NCBI GenBank assembly: GCA_964645405.1
Contig: CAZYCA010000034.1
Location: forward strand, 6,131 to 70,130
DNA length: 64,000 bases
Reading direction: 5' to 3'
DNA from: an uncultured bacterium
GTDB lineage: Bacteria > Ratteibacteria > UBA8468 > B48-G9 > DSTR01
The notes below the pieces were generated by a model that did not search any database, had not been told where the DNA came from, and worked only from the letters and a program-made list of their open reading frames with translations. This document shows positions 8,947-18,113 of this stretch, one piece after another (the stretch's first letter is position 1; the number at the start of each line of letters is the position of its first letter). The translations under genes and the position numbers were made by a program.

Positions 8947-10629
8947 TTATTTTTTCCACCTGTTTGTGCCTTCCAGATATTCTTCCTGTAAAACCCTTAA
9001 AAAATCTGCCCGTTCAGGTAACCGGTAATCAGCCACCAGAGGCGTTATCCGGTGGTCATAGAAAAATCTTTCTACCGGGAGAACATCTTTGGGAATAGTT
9101 CCGTGGATATCATACAGACGAGAAACCATCTGTACACCAGGAACCAGCCACTGATAAATCTCCCAGTTTCGCAGTCCTGCCCGGGGATAGTAATTTGTTT
9201 CCTTTACCCAGCTGGCTTTCCCTTTTTCATAAAAATCTGTCTCGGTGTAGGCACCACTGTAAACCATCAAAACATCACACTGGTGTTCCGCAAAGGTCTG
9301 AATTTCTGGACCCATTTTTTCTCTGAGAAACTGCATAATTTTCACATCTTCCCAGCTGTTACCGAAACTGTCCAGATAAAAAACTGTGCAGCCCAGATTA
9401 ATCATTTTCTGGAATCTCTGCCAGAGCAGGTTTAAATGCCAGGAATCATCAGGATTAATCCGGACAGTACCATCTTTTTTCCAGTTAATCCTGACTGCTA
9501 TCTCCCCAGGTCTGGTGCAGACACCATGACGTAATCCTGCTTCCCTGAAGTTCCGGTCAATTGTTGCCCAGTTAGTTTCTACCTCTGGAGGTAAAACATC
9601 AAAATCAGGACGATACATAGCTCCTCTGGGGTCAGTGCCTGTCTGTCCCCAGATGAGGACACCCTGTCCATTAGCTTTTTTTAAAGCAGGTACAAGCAAA
9701 TCACAAAAAGCATTTGTCCCGGAAACCAGGTCCAGCCTCCGGAAGCCCGGGTGAAAACCATAGGGGTTTTCCGGACTGATTGATTCCACATTACGATTGA
9801 CATGGGATACCGCCAGCAGCCGGTAGTCAGCGACATATTTTACCTGCCCGAAAAGTCTCTGAAAATACTCCTGATAAGGCTGAAGAAGATGTTGCCAGTC
9901 TTTTCTTGTGCTCACCCGCATAACCATCTGGAAGGTTCTGGCTCCTTCTGCAGGAATGGGTTCTGCCACCAGATAGCAAAGGTGTCTGGGGTTTTTTATT
10001 TCCTGTTTTCCCCAGTCCGGCAGGTCCCACAGAAAAAGGGTACGGATAAACTGTCTGCCAGACGGACTCAGACCAACACCAAAATCCTTTCCTGCAGAGT
10101 AACTGCCAGCAATCCGGTTAAGATGCGAAGGATGAAAACAACCGTAACCGGTAACCTGAAGATAACTGATATGCCAGACAGGCATAATCCCTTCCGGGTT
10201 AGCCTGAAAATCAAAGGTTAAATGACCGAACCGACTGAAACCAATGGGTTTTTCTCCCTCGTTCTCTACCCTGCTTTCTATGTATAAATCCTCACCTTTG
10301 AAGGTATACCGAAAATATACTTTTGCCCCGGAATAAACCTGACTTACCAGCACACTGTTTTCCGCCTGTTTCTGTAATTTTGCACTCAGAAGTTGCCAGG
10401 AAGAATCACGCCTGCCACCTTTGATAAACATCCAGTCAACAGGTTCAAACAACCATTTACCTTTAGCCAGAGTTTTTTCCCCGAGATTTATCTGGCTGAT
10501 TCCCTGTTCGCAGATGGTGTAGGTTATTCCTCCGGAACTGGTATAGGTGAAAAAATCCTCACCTTTTACCGGGGAAAGGAAAACAAAAACTGCAATTTTA
10601 CAGAAAAACAGAGTTTTTCTTTGTTTCAC
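8947..10629 (-). CDS. Hypothetical secreted protein (possible glycoside-hydrolase-like TIM barrel)
   Basis: Signal peptide MKQRKTLFFCKIAVFVFLSPVKG. A 4-nt gap to the upstream gene suggests an operon. No recognisable named motif ('YLDSFGNS' region only). Confidence 0.45.
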   Translation of the reverse strand: MKQRKTLFFCKIAVFVFLSPVKGEDFFTYTSSGGITYTICEQGISQINLGEKTLAKGKWLFEPVDWMFIKGGRRDSSWQLLSAKLQKQAENSVLVSQVYSGAKVYFRYTFKGEDLYIESRVENEGEKPIGFSRFGHLTFDFQANPEGIMPVWHISYLQVTGYGCFHPSHLNRIAGSYSAGKDFGVGLSPSGRQFIRTLFLWDLPDWGKQEIKNPRHLCYLVAEPIPAEGARTFQMVMRVSTRKDWQHLLQPYQEYFQRLFGQVKYVADYRLLAVSHVNRNVESISPENPYGFHPGFRRLDLVSGTNAFCDLLVPALKKANGQGVLIWGQTGTDPRGAMYRPDFDVLPPEVETNWATIDRNFREAGLRHGVCTRPGEIAVRINWKKDGTVRINPDDSWHLNLLWQRFQKMINLGCTVFYLDSFGNSWEDVKIMQFLREKMGPEIQTFAEHQCDVLMVYSGAYTETDFYEKGKASWVKETNYYPRAGLRNWEIYQWLVPGVQMVSRLYDIHGTIPKDVLPVERFFYDHRITPLVADYRLPERADFLRVLQEEYLEGTNRWKK

Positions 10630-10633
10630 TTTT

Positions 10634-13600
10634 TTAACGAATCTTTTTGCCTGGCACCGGTATCTTTGCTTTCAAAATTTTTACTTCCCAGGTAGAAAAT
10701 TCCCAGGGCCCGGAACCAGCAGGCTGGCCATCTTCAGCATTCTGCCAGGAAATGTTTATCTTCTTCTTGCCCTGGAAAACTTCAACTTCTGTTTTTTCTG
10801 TACCCCGGTTCCAGTTCACCAGAGTCAGCAGCAACCGGTGATCTTCTGGCCGCCAGAGAGCAATCCATTTAATCCCTGGATTAGAAACAACTATTACCGG
10901 GACATCTGCTGACAATTTCTGTTTTTCCCAGTAATTAATGATGCGGCAGAAATCTTTTCCATAGCCGAAATCACGAACAATTTTTTCCAGATTATTAGAA
11001 GAACGTAAAATCTCATGGGTGAAACGAAAACCCCACTCTGCCCGTTCCACTGTTTCCGGCACTTTAGTTCCATGCGGTTTATTCTTCGTACCGATAATGG
11101 GATAAAGAGCATGGGGATAATTTCCTGCCTGCCTGCCAATCATCTCTGCCTGTAAAACCTCTGGCGGGAAAGGTTCTTCTCCGTTTTTCCAGGACCATTC
11201 ATTATCCAGACTGATATCTGCCCATGTGATTACCGGCAGAATATTCCCGTTGGTCATATGCACACTTTTCAGTAAAGGATATTCCGTAAGAAGCTGACAG
11301 TCCTGCTGGAGACACCACATCCGGCGGTGGTACTCCCTGAGTTCCCAGATACAGGCTGAAGGTTGAACCTGACCATCTGACCTTACATAAGCATCAGAAA
11401 GAAAAACATTTTCCCAGTTTCTGGGATAGGTATTATCGCAGTACATACCCAGACCGCGCATCATCCATTCTCTGGCATGCCAGAGAGCAAAATCCTGGTA
11501 ACTACGGCAACAGTTAATCTGCGCTCCTACTCCTGGCTGCTGCTGGGGCCAGGTACGGTCGGTGTACTGCTTCAAACCCCACTCATCCTGAAATACTTCC
11601 CATTCCGGAGTAGTAACATCCTGGGCGTGTTCTTCAAAATAAATCAGCTGGGGTTTCCTTCCCCTTCCGGAGATACTGTTCATGCCTGCATAAACATGCC
11701 TGGTTCTATCTTCTACCTGTTCCGGGTTGTCCGTGATAATTCTTTTAATTTTTTTCTCCACCCATTCCTTCAAAAATTCCCTGTTTACCTTCCCGGTACG
11801 CCTGGCAATAAGAAGTTCATCGGCAAAGGAGTAATCCCTGTCCGCAGGGTATTTACCGGCAAAATGAGGGATAATTCCCCAGTAACCATTGGAACCACCA
11901 TGCTGCGGAATATCTTCTGCCAGACGCCAGTTTTCAGGCATCGGTTTGGTGGGAGAAGCCTGGAGCCCGAAAACAATTTTTCTCTCTGCGGTAATTGTTA
12001 CCGGCCGGTTAATCAGATAAATTTTTAGAGTCAGGATTCCCCCTTTCCTGATGAGAACCTGAACAGATTTGTTGTCATCAGTCACCCAGCCACGGTCATT
12101 ATTGGCAAACCACGCCAGTCCTTTCTCCGGACCACCTAACCAGATGTAAGGTAAGAAGGTTCCCAACATGGGGCCATTACCGGTCTGGCTGCTTTCCCAG
12201 ATAATTCCTTCTCCACCAGCAATAGCACCGGTGGGGTTATGCCTGATACTTCCTGACTGCATGATATGCCACAGACTTACCACTTCCTCCCGCAGAGGTA
12301 CAGAAATAGCCAGCCACCTGATTTCTGCTGGTTTCTTCCCTGGAGAAAGAGTCATCTCCACTTTCATACAACCATCCATTTCAATCACAGAAAAAGTTTT
12401 GATAATCAGAGGGTCAGATTCTACCATTCCGGTAAATTCTGCTTTTGTAGATTGGCAGGTTATTTTCGGTTTTGCCTTTTTCCAGTTGAGTTTCCCGCTG
12501 TCAGTTAACCCTTCCACTGTCATCGGTTTACCTAAAATTTCCTGACCACAACTAATAACACTATCCCACAAACCAAATTCGTTCATGGTATACCGGCGCA
12601 AAACAACATCCACGGTCCTGCCATTAAGTTTCACAGGTTGAAAGGGTGGATAGACCTTGTTGCTTAATCCCAGACAATTATTTTCCCAGGGGAAATGACG
12701 GCGCACAAAAGTCCTGGAGAAAGTTTTACCCTGTTCCAGTTCCGGGACCAGCGCTTTTACAGTATAGGTGCCGTCTGCTAAATCAGGAAGTTTCATCAAC
12801 AATTCTCCCTGTCCTGCCTTTATCTTCATCTCTGCGGACTGAAGTTCCTTTCCAGAAGAATCAAACAATTTTATCTGAGCAGTAGAAACCTTCTCTTTTC
12901 CCTGGACCTGGCTTAAATCAATATTTACTGCCAGCTGATTATAAGAAGGGTAATAGGCCAGGAAAAAATTATGGCTCTCAGCAAGGGGAGCAGAAATCTC
13001 CCAGATTTTCCTGCGCACTGGTCTGATAACAAAACTGTGAGAGAAAACTGTCTGCTGGCCACTTTCCACTTTTACACTGAAAGTGTGCTCTCCTTCCTTC
13101 TGAAACCTTCCCTGGGGTGTAGAAAACTGCCAGGTAACAGTCTTTCCTGCAGGGACTGTTAACCTTTCTTTCTTTTCCAGGGCAGGCATGGTGCTGGATT
13201 CCACATGAACAATTATGTCTGCTTCTGCCTGTTTAGAGAGAGTACTGGTAAGAGAAATCTGGTAGTCAAAAATACCTTCAAAAACCGGGCCAAGCTTGCT
13301 TTCCTGGACAAAAATTCCTTCAGGCTGGAGAACAAAGACCGGATAACCCGACCAGTCGCTGAAACCTGTCACCGGAAGTATCGGCATCTGCGACCACGGT
13401 CTTTTCCAGTTTCTGGCAATCATCAGACCAATTTCTTCCGGTAGAACCGGGACCGAGTCCAGACCCAGTGATTTCCAGGAAACAGCCAGTTCTATCTCCC
13501 AGACATTTTCTTTCTGATTAGTCCGGGAGGCAAAACGGTGTCCTTTTAAATCCCAGCCGGTATCTGGGACTCCTTTTTTCGGGTCAAAAACAACGTCCAG

Positions 13601-14026
13601 AAGTGTACCCAGCTGGTTGATAATCAACTGGTAGTACCGTAAATCTCCCTGCCCTTTTATTTTGTTCCGGCGATTAGGGTCAATCCAGATTTCCACACTA
13701 TCATCGTAACAGGTATTTTCGTCATGTCGTTTCACATTTGTTATCAGCTGGTTATCTGGAGGCATCTCTGTAGCCATGGCAAAATAAAGAGCTTCCCGGT
13801 CAAAACCAATCAGAGTATAACCCTGACGCGGTTCCAGAAGAGGAATTTTTCCTAAGGTAACAAAACCAAGGATTTTAACAGCCTGGCGCCATTCCTCTGG
13901 ATTAATGACACCATCAATTACAGGCGCTTTTTCCATAGGAACCAGTGTTATCTTACTGACTTCTCCGGCAGTCAAAATAAGGCTCCCCATCAGGAGACAG
14001 AAAACCAGATTATAGCGTTTCATCAT
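10634..14026 (-). CDS. Large secreted protein, CBM9-like N-terminal domain / 'ADNDRGW' family paralog
   Basis: The ORF runs to 14095, but the likely start is the internal Met at about 14026 ('MMKRYNLVFCLLMGSLILTAGEV' signal peptide). That start avoids overlap with the oxidoreductase stop at 14010. Motifs: 'PVIDGVINPEEWRQA', 'GLAWFANNDRGWVTDDNKSVQVLIRKG'. Confidence 0.6.
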   Translation of the reverse strand: MMKRYNLVFCLLMGSLILTAGEVSKITLVPMEKAPVIDGVINPEEWRQAVKILGFVTLGKIPLLEPRQGYTLIGFDREALYFAMATEMPPDNQLITNVKRHDENTCYDDSVEIWIDPNRRNKIKGQGDLRYYQLIINQLGTLLDVVFDPKKGVPDTGWDLKGHRFASRTNQKENVWEIELAVSWKSLGLDSVPVLPEEIGLMIARNWKRPWSQMPILPVTGFSDWSGYPVFVLQPEGIFVQESKLGPVFEGIFDYQISLTSTLSKQAEADIIVHVESSTMPALEKKERLTVPAGKTVTWQFSTPQGRFQKEGEHTFSVKVESGQQTVFSHSFVIRPVRRKIWEISAPLAESHNFFLAYYPSYNQLAVNIDLSQVQGKEKVSTAQIKLFDSSGKELQSAEMKIKAGQGELLMKLPDLADGTYTVKALVPELEQGKTFSRTFVRRHFPWENNCLGLSNKVYPPFQPVKLNGRTVDVVLRRYTMNEFGLWDSVISCGQEILGKPMTVEGLTDSGKLNWKKAKPKITCQSTKAEFTGMVESDPLIIKTFSVIEMDGCMKVEMTLSPGKKPAEIRWLAISVPLREEVVSLWHIMQSGSIRHNPTGAIAGGEGIIWESSQTGNGPMLGTFLPYIWLGGPEKGLAWFANNDRGWVTDDNKSVQVLIRKGGILTLKIYLINRPVTITAERKIVFGLQASPTKPMPENWRLAEDIPQHGGSNGYWGIIPHFAGKYPADRDYSFADELLIARRTGKVNREFLKEWVEKKIKRIITDNPEQVEDRTRHVYAGMNSISGRGRKPQLIYFEEHAQDVTTPEWEVFQDEWGLKQYTDRTWPQQQPGVGAQINCCRSYQDFALWHAREWMMRGLGMYCDNTYPRNWENVFLSDAYVRSDGQVQPSACIWELREYHRRMWCLQQDCQLLTEYPLLKSVHMTNGNILPVITWADISLDNEWSWKNGEEPFPPEVLQAEMIGRQAGNYPHALYPIIGTKNKPHGTKVPETVERAEWGFRFTHEILRSSNNLEKIVRDFGYGKDFCRIINYWEKQKLSADVPVIVVSNPGIKWIALWRPEDHRLLLTLVNWNRGTEKTEVEVFQGKKKINISWQNAEDGQPAGSGPWEFSTWEVKILKAKIPVPGKKIR

Positions 14027-15065
14027 ACCCTTCCTTTTTAAATTTAACGACCTGGCATTTTCGGGCAGAGATAATCCCGGCTTCCAGAACAGCAATAACC
14101 TGGCGCACCTGCTCGGGTTTTACCAGTAACTCTGCTTTTCCCCTTAGTACTTCAGCAATGTTTTCGTAGTAACTGCGCCAGCGACCGGGCAGCGTCGGTA
14201 TTACTTCTTCTTCGCCTGTGCTTTTCTTCCACCTGCCATAAAAACAGGGATCTTCTCTTGCCGCATCAATATCACCAGCCACCATTGCTTTCTCCTGAGG
14301 ATCAAGACCATACTTGATAAAAGTACCCTGTGTCCCGCAGGCGTAAAATCTTGGCTTGGAGATAGTGTTTAAACTGGAAAGGTCACAGACAGCAGTACTG
14401 CCTTCAACAAAAGTGATAACAAGCAAGGCACTGCTTTCTGTATCTGAGTTTTCAAAGTCATGATGAAGTCTACCGTAAACAGTCTCTATCGGTGAAGAAA
14501 AAAATAGTAAAGCCTGGTCCACCAGATGGGCTCCCAAATCATAGTAACGACCACCACCCATTTCTGCTCTGGCTCTCCAGCCCCGCATCGGTCCAAAACC
14601 CTGCCAGGACATCTCCAGCCATCTCAATTTTCCCAGTTTTCCTGTATCCACCAGTTTTTTCAGGGTGAGAAAATCACCATCCCAGCGCCTGTTCTGGAAA
14701 ACACTCAAAAGGCGCTTTGTCCGGTGAGAGGTTTCTATCATCCAGTCGCATTGTTTCAGGTTCAGACACATAACCTTATCTGTCACCACATGTTTGCCTG
14801 CTTGCATGGCTTTTACTGCCATTTCCGCATGGGTACTGTTAGGTGTAACCAGTACCACCAGTTCCACAGCTTCATCTTTTAAAACCTCTTCCAGACTTTG
14901 GTAAACCCGGCAGGATTGTTCCTGTCTAATTTTTTCCTGTGTTTCCGGATTCCGGCTGGCAATGCCATAAAGTCTTAACCCAGGGGTGAGCTTAATCAGG
15001 TAACTATGAAAACATCTGCCTGCATACCCGTAGCCAACAACCACCGTGTTTATTTCTTCGCTCAT
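14010..15065 (-). CDS. Gfo/Idh/MocA family NAD(P)-dependent oxidoreductase
   Basis: N-terminal Rossmann motif 'VVVGYGYAGRCFH'. 'LVVLVTPNSTHAEMAVKAMQAGKHVVTDKVM' is the canonical GFO_IDH_MocA pattern. Confidence 0.8.
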   Translation of the reverse strand: MSEEINTVVVGYGYAGRCFHSYLIKLTPGLRLYGIASRNPETQEKIRQEQSCRVYQSLEEVLKDEAVELVVLVTPNSTHAEMAVKAMQAGKHVVTDKVMCLNLKQCDWMIETSHRTKRLLSVFQNRRWDGDFLTLKKLVDTGKLGKLRWLEMSWQGFGPMRGWRARAEMGGGRYYDLGAHLVDQALLFFSSPIETVYGRLHHDFENSDTESSALLVITFVEGSTAVCDLSSLNTISKPRFYACGTQGTFIKYGLDPQEKAMVAGDIDAAREDPCFYGRWKKSTGEEEVIPTLPGRWRSYYENIAEVLRGKAELLVKPEQVRQVIAVLEAGIISARKCQVVKFKKEGYDETL

Positions 15066-15097
15066 ATTTTTAGCTTACCGGCAAAATTTTACAGTCC

Positions 15098-17242
15098 TCA
15101 GTCAAGCGGTTTGATTTTGTAGAGATTAACATCATGTCCGCTCACAGGCAGAGAAAGGCAGTAAAGCTGTGCACCTTTAACTTCTAATTTTTCCTTGCCT
15201 TCAAAAGATTCCACTACAAAACGTTGCTTTTCTTTGAATCCAAGCCGGGCAAGGTTGAACTGGCATTTTACAGTCAAATCATAATCATTCCGGTTAAGCA
15301 GAAAAAGAAGGTAATGGCCTTTCCGGTGCCGGTGCAAAGCAGTGCTCACCTTATGCTGGTGGCAGCAGACATATGGGGATAATCCCTCTTCTTCCAGGAC
15401 CATTTTCAGAATCTCCGGGCTGGGGTTGCTGCCAAGATAAATAATTTTCCCCTTTCCGTAATTCTGGCTGTAACCTGCGAAAAACTCTCTCTCAGAAGGG
15501 GCACCAATATCCACCAGTGTTTCCCTGGAGGTGATACTCAGTCTGACCAGAAGCGGTTTACCCGGGACCTGACGAAAGTAAACAAAGTTTACCTTGCTGT
15601 CACAGTGTCCCCCTCTGGTAAGAAGAAAAGATTTCTTCCCGTAAATTATGCCCACAGGAAGATTGGTTGGTCTGGCACCTTCTGGCTCAAGAAAAGGGAG
15701 TAACTTCAACGGCTCTCCTTCCTGGTCCGAATGGGGGAAACGGGAAAAAGTAATGAGAATGCCACCTTCTTTTACAAAAGAAGTTAAAATTTCAGCACTT
15801 TTTCTGTCCAGCCAGTCACTGCCGCTATAGACGACCACCTGACTGGCAAATCTAACCCTGGACTGGGGGTCAAAATAAGAATATGTTAAGTCTGCCTTTT
15901 CCAGACTCTCGAAGACCTGCTCAAAATTTCCTGGAGCAATAACCCGGTGCGGCTTGTAAACCAGAAGAGAAACATCATAAAGAATCTGGCAGTCCCAGGG
16001 TTGAATCCAGTGATAGGCTGCCACTGCTTTCTGGTAGAAAGGAAAGTATTCGTTACTTCTACCCCACTCATTAATTGGAGAGTGGTACCAGTTATCCCGG
16101 CTAACCAGCATATACCAGTTCCATCCCTTCAGCCCCCGGGCCAGTAAGGCAGCCGGAATAAACCAGAAATGTTTTGCTGGTAGATACCCCACATTACGCA
16201 AGGGATATATTCCTGACTGAAACTCAGCAGACCAGACATTGCCCCGGGTAACATTGGCTTCTGACATCTTCAGAATATCCATGTTATATAGCCAGTTATC
16301 TCCTGTGGGATAGGGACCTTCCATAAAGGCAGCAGGATAGATATCTGTACCAGCAATATCTGCCACCTGGCAGAATTTTTCAAAATCAGCGTAAAGAGGT
16401 GACCAGCTATTGGCAGAAATTGGTACTTTAATGCCATTTTCTTTCAACCAGCCAGCGACTTCCTCTACAATCCTGGCAGCATACCAGCCTATAAACTCAA
16501 AACAGTCTGCGTAACGGAGATGATATCTTCTTTCCGGTAAAAGCCTTTCTGCTAACGGTAAACTTGTATCCACATAAGCCTCATGGAAATAAAAACAGGC
16601 ATCCTGAAAACTGCTAAATTCTGTCTGCCAGAGACGGTTAAGCAGCCTGATATCACCCTTATACTTTTTCTCCAGCCACTCTTTAAACAAACCCTTGTTC
16701 TTAAAACAGCCGATTTCCTCCCCAAAACTTTCCACTGGCGGGTACGGCTCATTATCAGCCTGACAGAGAATGATATTTCCGCCTTCGGTTACCTGTCTGG
16801 GACGTAAAACCTGACAGACATTTTCTATATATTCTTTTGCCATACTCAAAAATTCCGGAGAAAGCCGGTCATATTTCACCGCTCTTTCCGGAGGCCCACC
16901 ATAAGGCCATTCAGCATAGATGTACGGACCAGGACGGACAATCACCCACAACCCTTTCTCCTTCATTAAATCAAGGAAACCAGCCAGAGCTCGCTGGGGA
17001 CTGGTTTGCCCTGTAAAATCGTAACGACCTGCTTCCAGCTCATGATAATTCCAGGGGATATAAGTAGAAACTACAGCCAGTCCCATTTCTTTAATCCGGT
17101 CAGCAATTACTGACCAGTTTTCCTTCAGTACCCGCCAGTAATGAAACTCCCCGGAAACCAGAGGAATTTTTAACTTTTTATACTGCCAGAGACCATTAGT
17201 GATAACAATCTGAGCATCGTTCTTATTCAAAGATAAGTTCAT
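15098..17242 (-). CDS. Glycoside hydrolase family 35-like beta-galactosidase
   Basis: 'SGEFHYWRVLKENWSVIADRIKEMGLAVVSTYIPWNYHELEAGRYDFTGQ...GLWVIVRPGPYIYAEWPYGGPP' parallels the GH35 N-terminal barrel (for example GLB1 'YFRVPREYW...TYVPWNLHEP..G.FDFSG...GLWVILRPGPYICSE...GG'). 'CQADNEPY' matches the GH35 'QIENEY' acid/base region. Confidence 0.6.
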   Translation of the reverse strand: MNLSLNKNDAQIVITNGLWQYKKLKIPLVSGEFHYWRVLKENWSVIADRIKEMGLAVVSTYIPWNYHELEAGRYDFTGQTSPQRALAGFLDLMKEKGLWVIVRPGPYIYAEWPYGGPPERAVKYDRLSPEFLSMAKEYIENVCQVLRPRQVTEGGNIILCQADNEPYPPVESFGEEIGCFKNKGLFKEWLEKKYKGDIRLLNRLWQTEFSSFQDACFYFHEAYVDTSLPLAERLLPERRYHLRYADCFEFIGWYAARIVEEVAGWLKENGIKVPISANSWSPLYADFEKFCQVADIAGTDIYPAAFMEGPYPTGDNWLYNMDILKMSEANVTRGNVWSAEFQSGIYPLRNVGYLPAKHFWFIPAALLARGLKGWNWYMLVSRDNWYHSPINEWGRSNEYFPFYQKAVAAYHWIQPWDCQILYDVSLLVYKPHRVIAPGNFEQVFESLEKADLTYSYFDPQSRVRFASQVVVYSGSDWLDRKSAEILTSFVKEGGILITFSRFPHSDQEGEPLKLLPFLEPEGARPTNLPVGIIYGKKSFLLTRGGHCDSKVNFVYFRQVPGKPLLVRLSITSRETLVDIGAPSEREFFAGYSQNYGKGKIIYLGSNPSPEILKMVLEEEGLSPYVCCHQHKVSTALHRHRKGHYLLFLLNRNDYDLTVKCQFNLARLGFKEKQRFVVESFEGKEKLEVKGAQLYCLSLPVSGHDVNLYKIKPLD

Positions 17243-18044
17243 GGTAATCTCCCCTCATATGAAAATCGCGCCAGGAAAGTCTTGCTGCAGTGTAATAGAA
17301 ACAGGCGGTGTTGTTTCCACCATCATCATTGTAATAGGAGTAGTCATAAAGAGAAATATTAAATTTCCATTTATCCCCTTTACTGACTTTAACCGGCTGG
17401 TCTTTTTCATCTGTGAGAGAAGCAAAGGGAATAGCCATCTCCACGGTATAGCCTTCATCAATGTCCAGTTTATTTATAGTCCCGGAAACTTTAACTGCTG
17501 TCTTCATCCCTGAATCCCATTCCACCCATTTGGAAAAAACATCGTAGCGACGGGCAAAGTAACGGGCATCCCAGGTGGTATTGAGAGGGTTCACATGGAG
17601 TTCAAAGTAGTTTGGTTTTCCTGGCCAGGGCTGCAGGAAAATTTCAAAAACATCTGTTTCCAGGATAGCCGGCTCTTTCCCTTCCTGCCTGGCTTTCATT
17701 GCCTGGACATCTGCGATAATGTCCCTGTCTTCCACAAAGGCACCGACATATAAATAGTTGCGGTCATAAAGAAAATAAGCCACAGTACGACAGTCAGGTT
17801 GAAACTCTGCCGGATAATCTCCGCGATACTTTGTCCAGGCGTAACGAACAGGCACAGTTTCGGCTTTTTTCCAGACTTCGTCTTTCAGGAGACCATCAAT
17901 CTGCGGTGGTTTTTCCGTGAAGTAACATTTATAACTCTTTTTCTCCAGAACTTCTGCCTTCTTCTTCCAGAAACTACCACTCTGACTGGCACATCCAGCA
18001 AGCAAAAACATGCCTAAAACTATTCCCGATTTTATTTTTTCCAT
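17223..18044 (-). CDS. Lipoprotein with CBM9-like (family 9 carbohydrate-binding module / DOMON-like) domain
   Basis: Internal Met start gives 'MEKIKSGIVLGMFLLAGCASQ' (lipobox LAGC). 'PPQIDGLLKDEVWKKAETV...YLYVGAFVEDRDI...ETDVFEIFLQP' matches the CBM9-like motif found on the large secreted paralogs. Confidence 0.55.
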   Translation of the reverse strand: MEKIKSGIVLGMFLLAGCASQSGSFWKKKAEVLEKKSYKCYFTEKPPQIDGLLKDEVWKKAETVPVRYAWTKYRGDYPAEFQPDCRTVAYFLYDRNYLYVGAFVEDRDIIADVQAMKARQEGKEPAILETDVFEIFLQPWPGKPNYFELHVNPLNTTWDARYFARRYDVFSKWVEWDSGMKTAVKVSGTINKLDIDEGYTVEMAIPFASLTDEKDQPVKVSKGDKWKFNISLYDYSYYNDDGGNNTACFYYTAARLSWRDFHMRGDYHELIFE

Positions 18045-18113
18045 ATTCCCCCTTTGACGGATTTTCTCAGCCAGTGTATAAAAATTGCTAAATTCTGTCA
18101 AGGAGGAGAAAAG

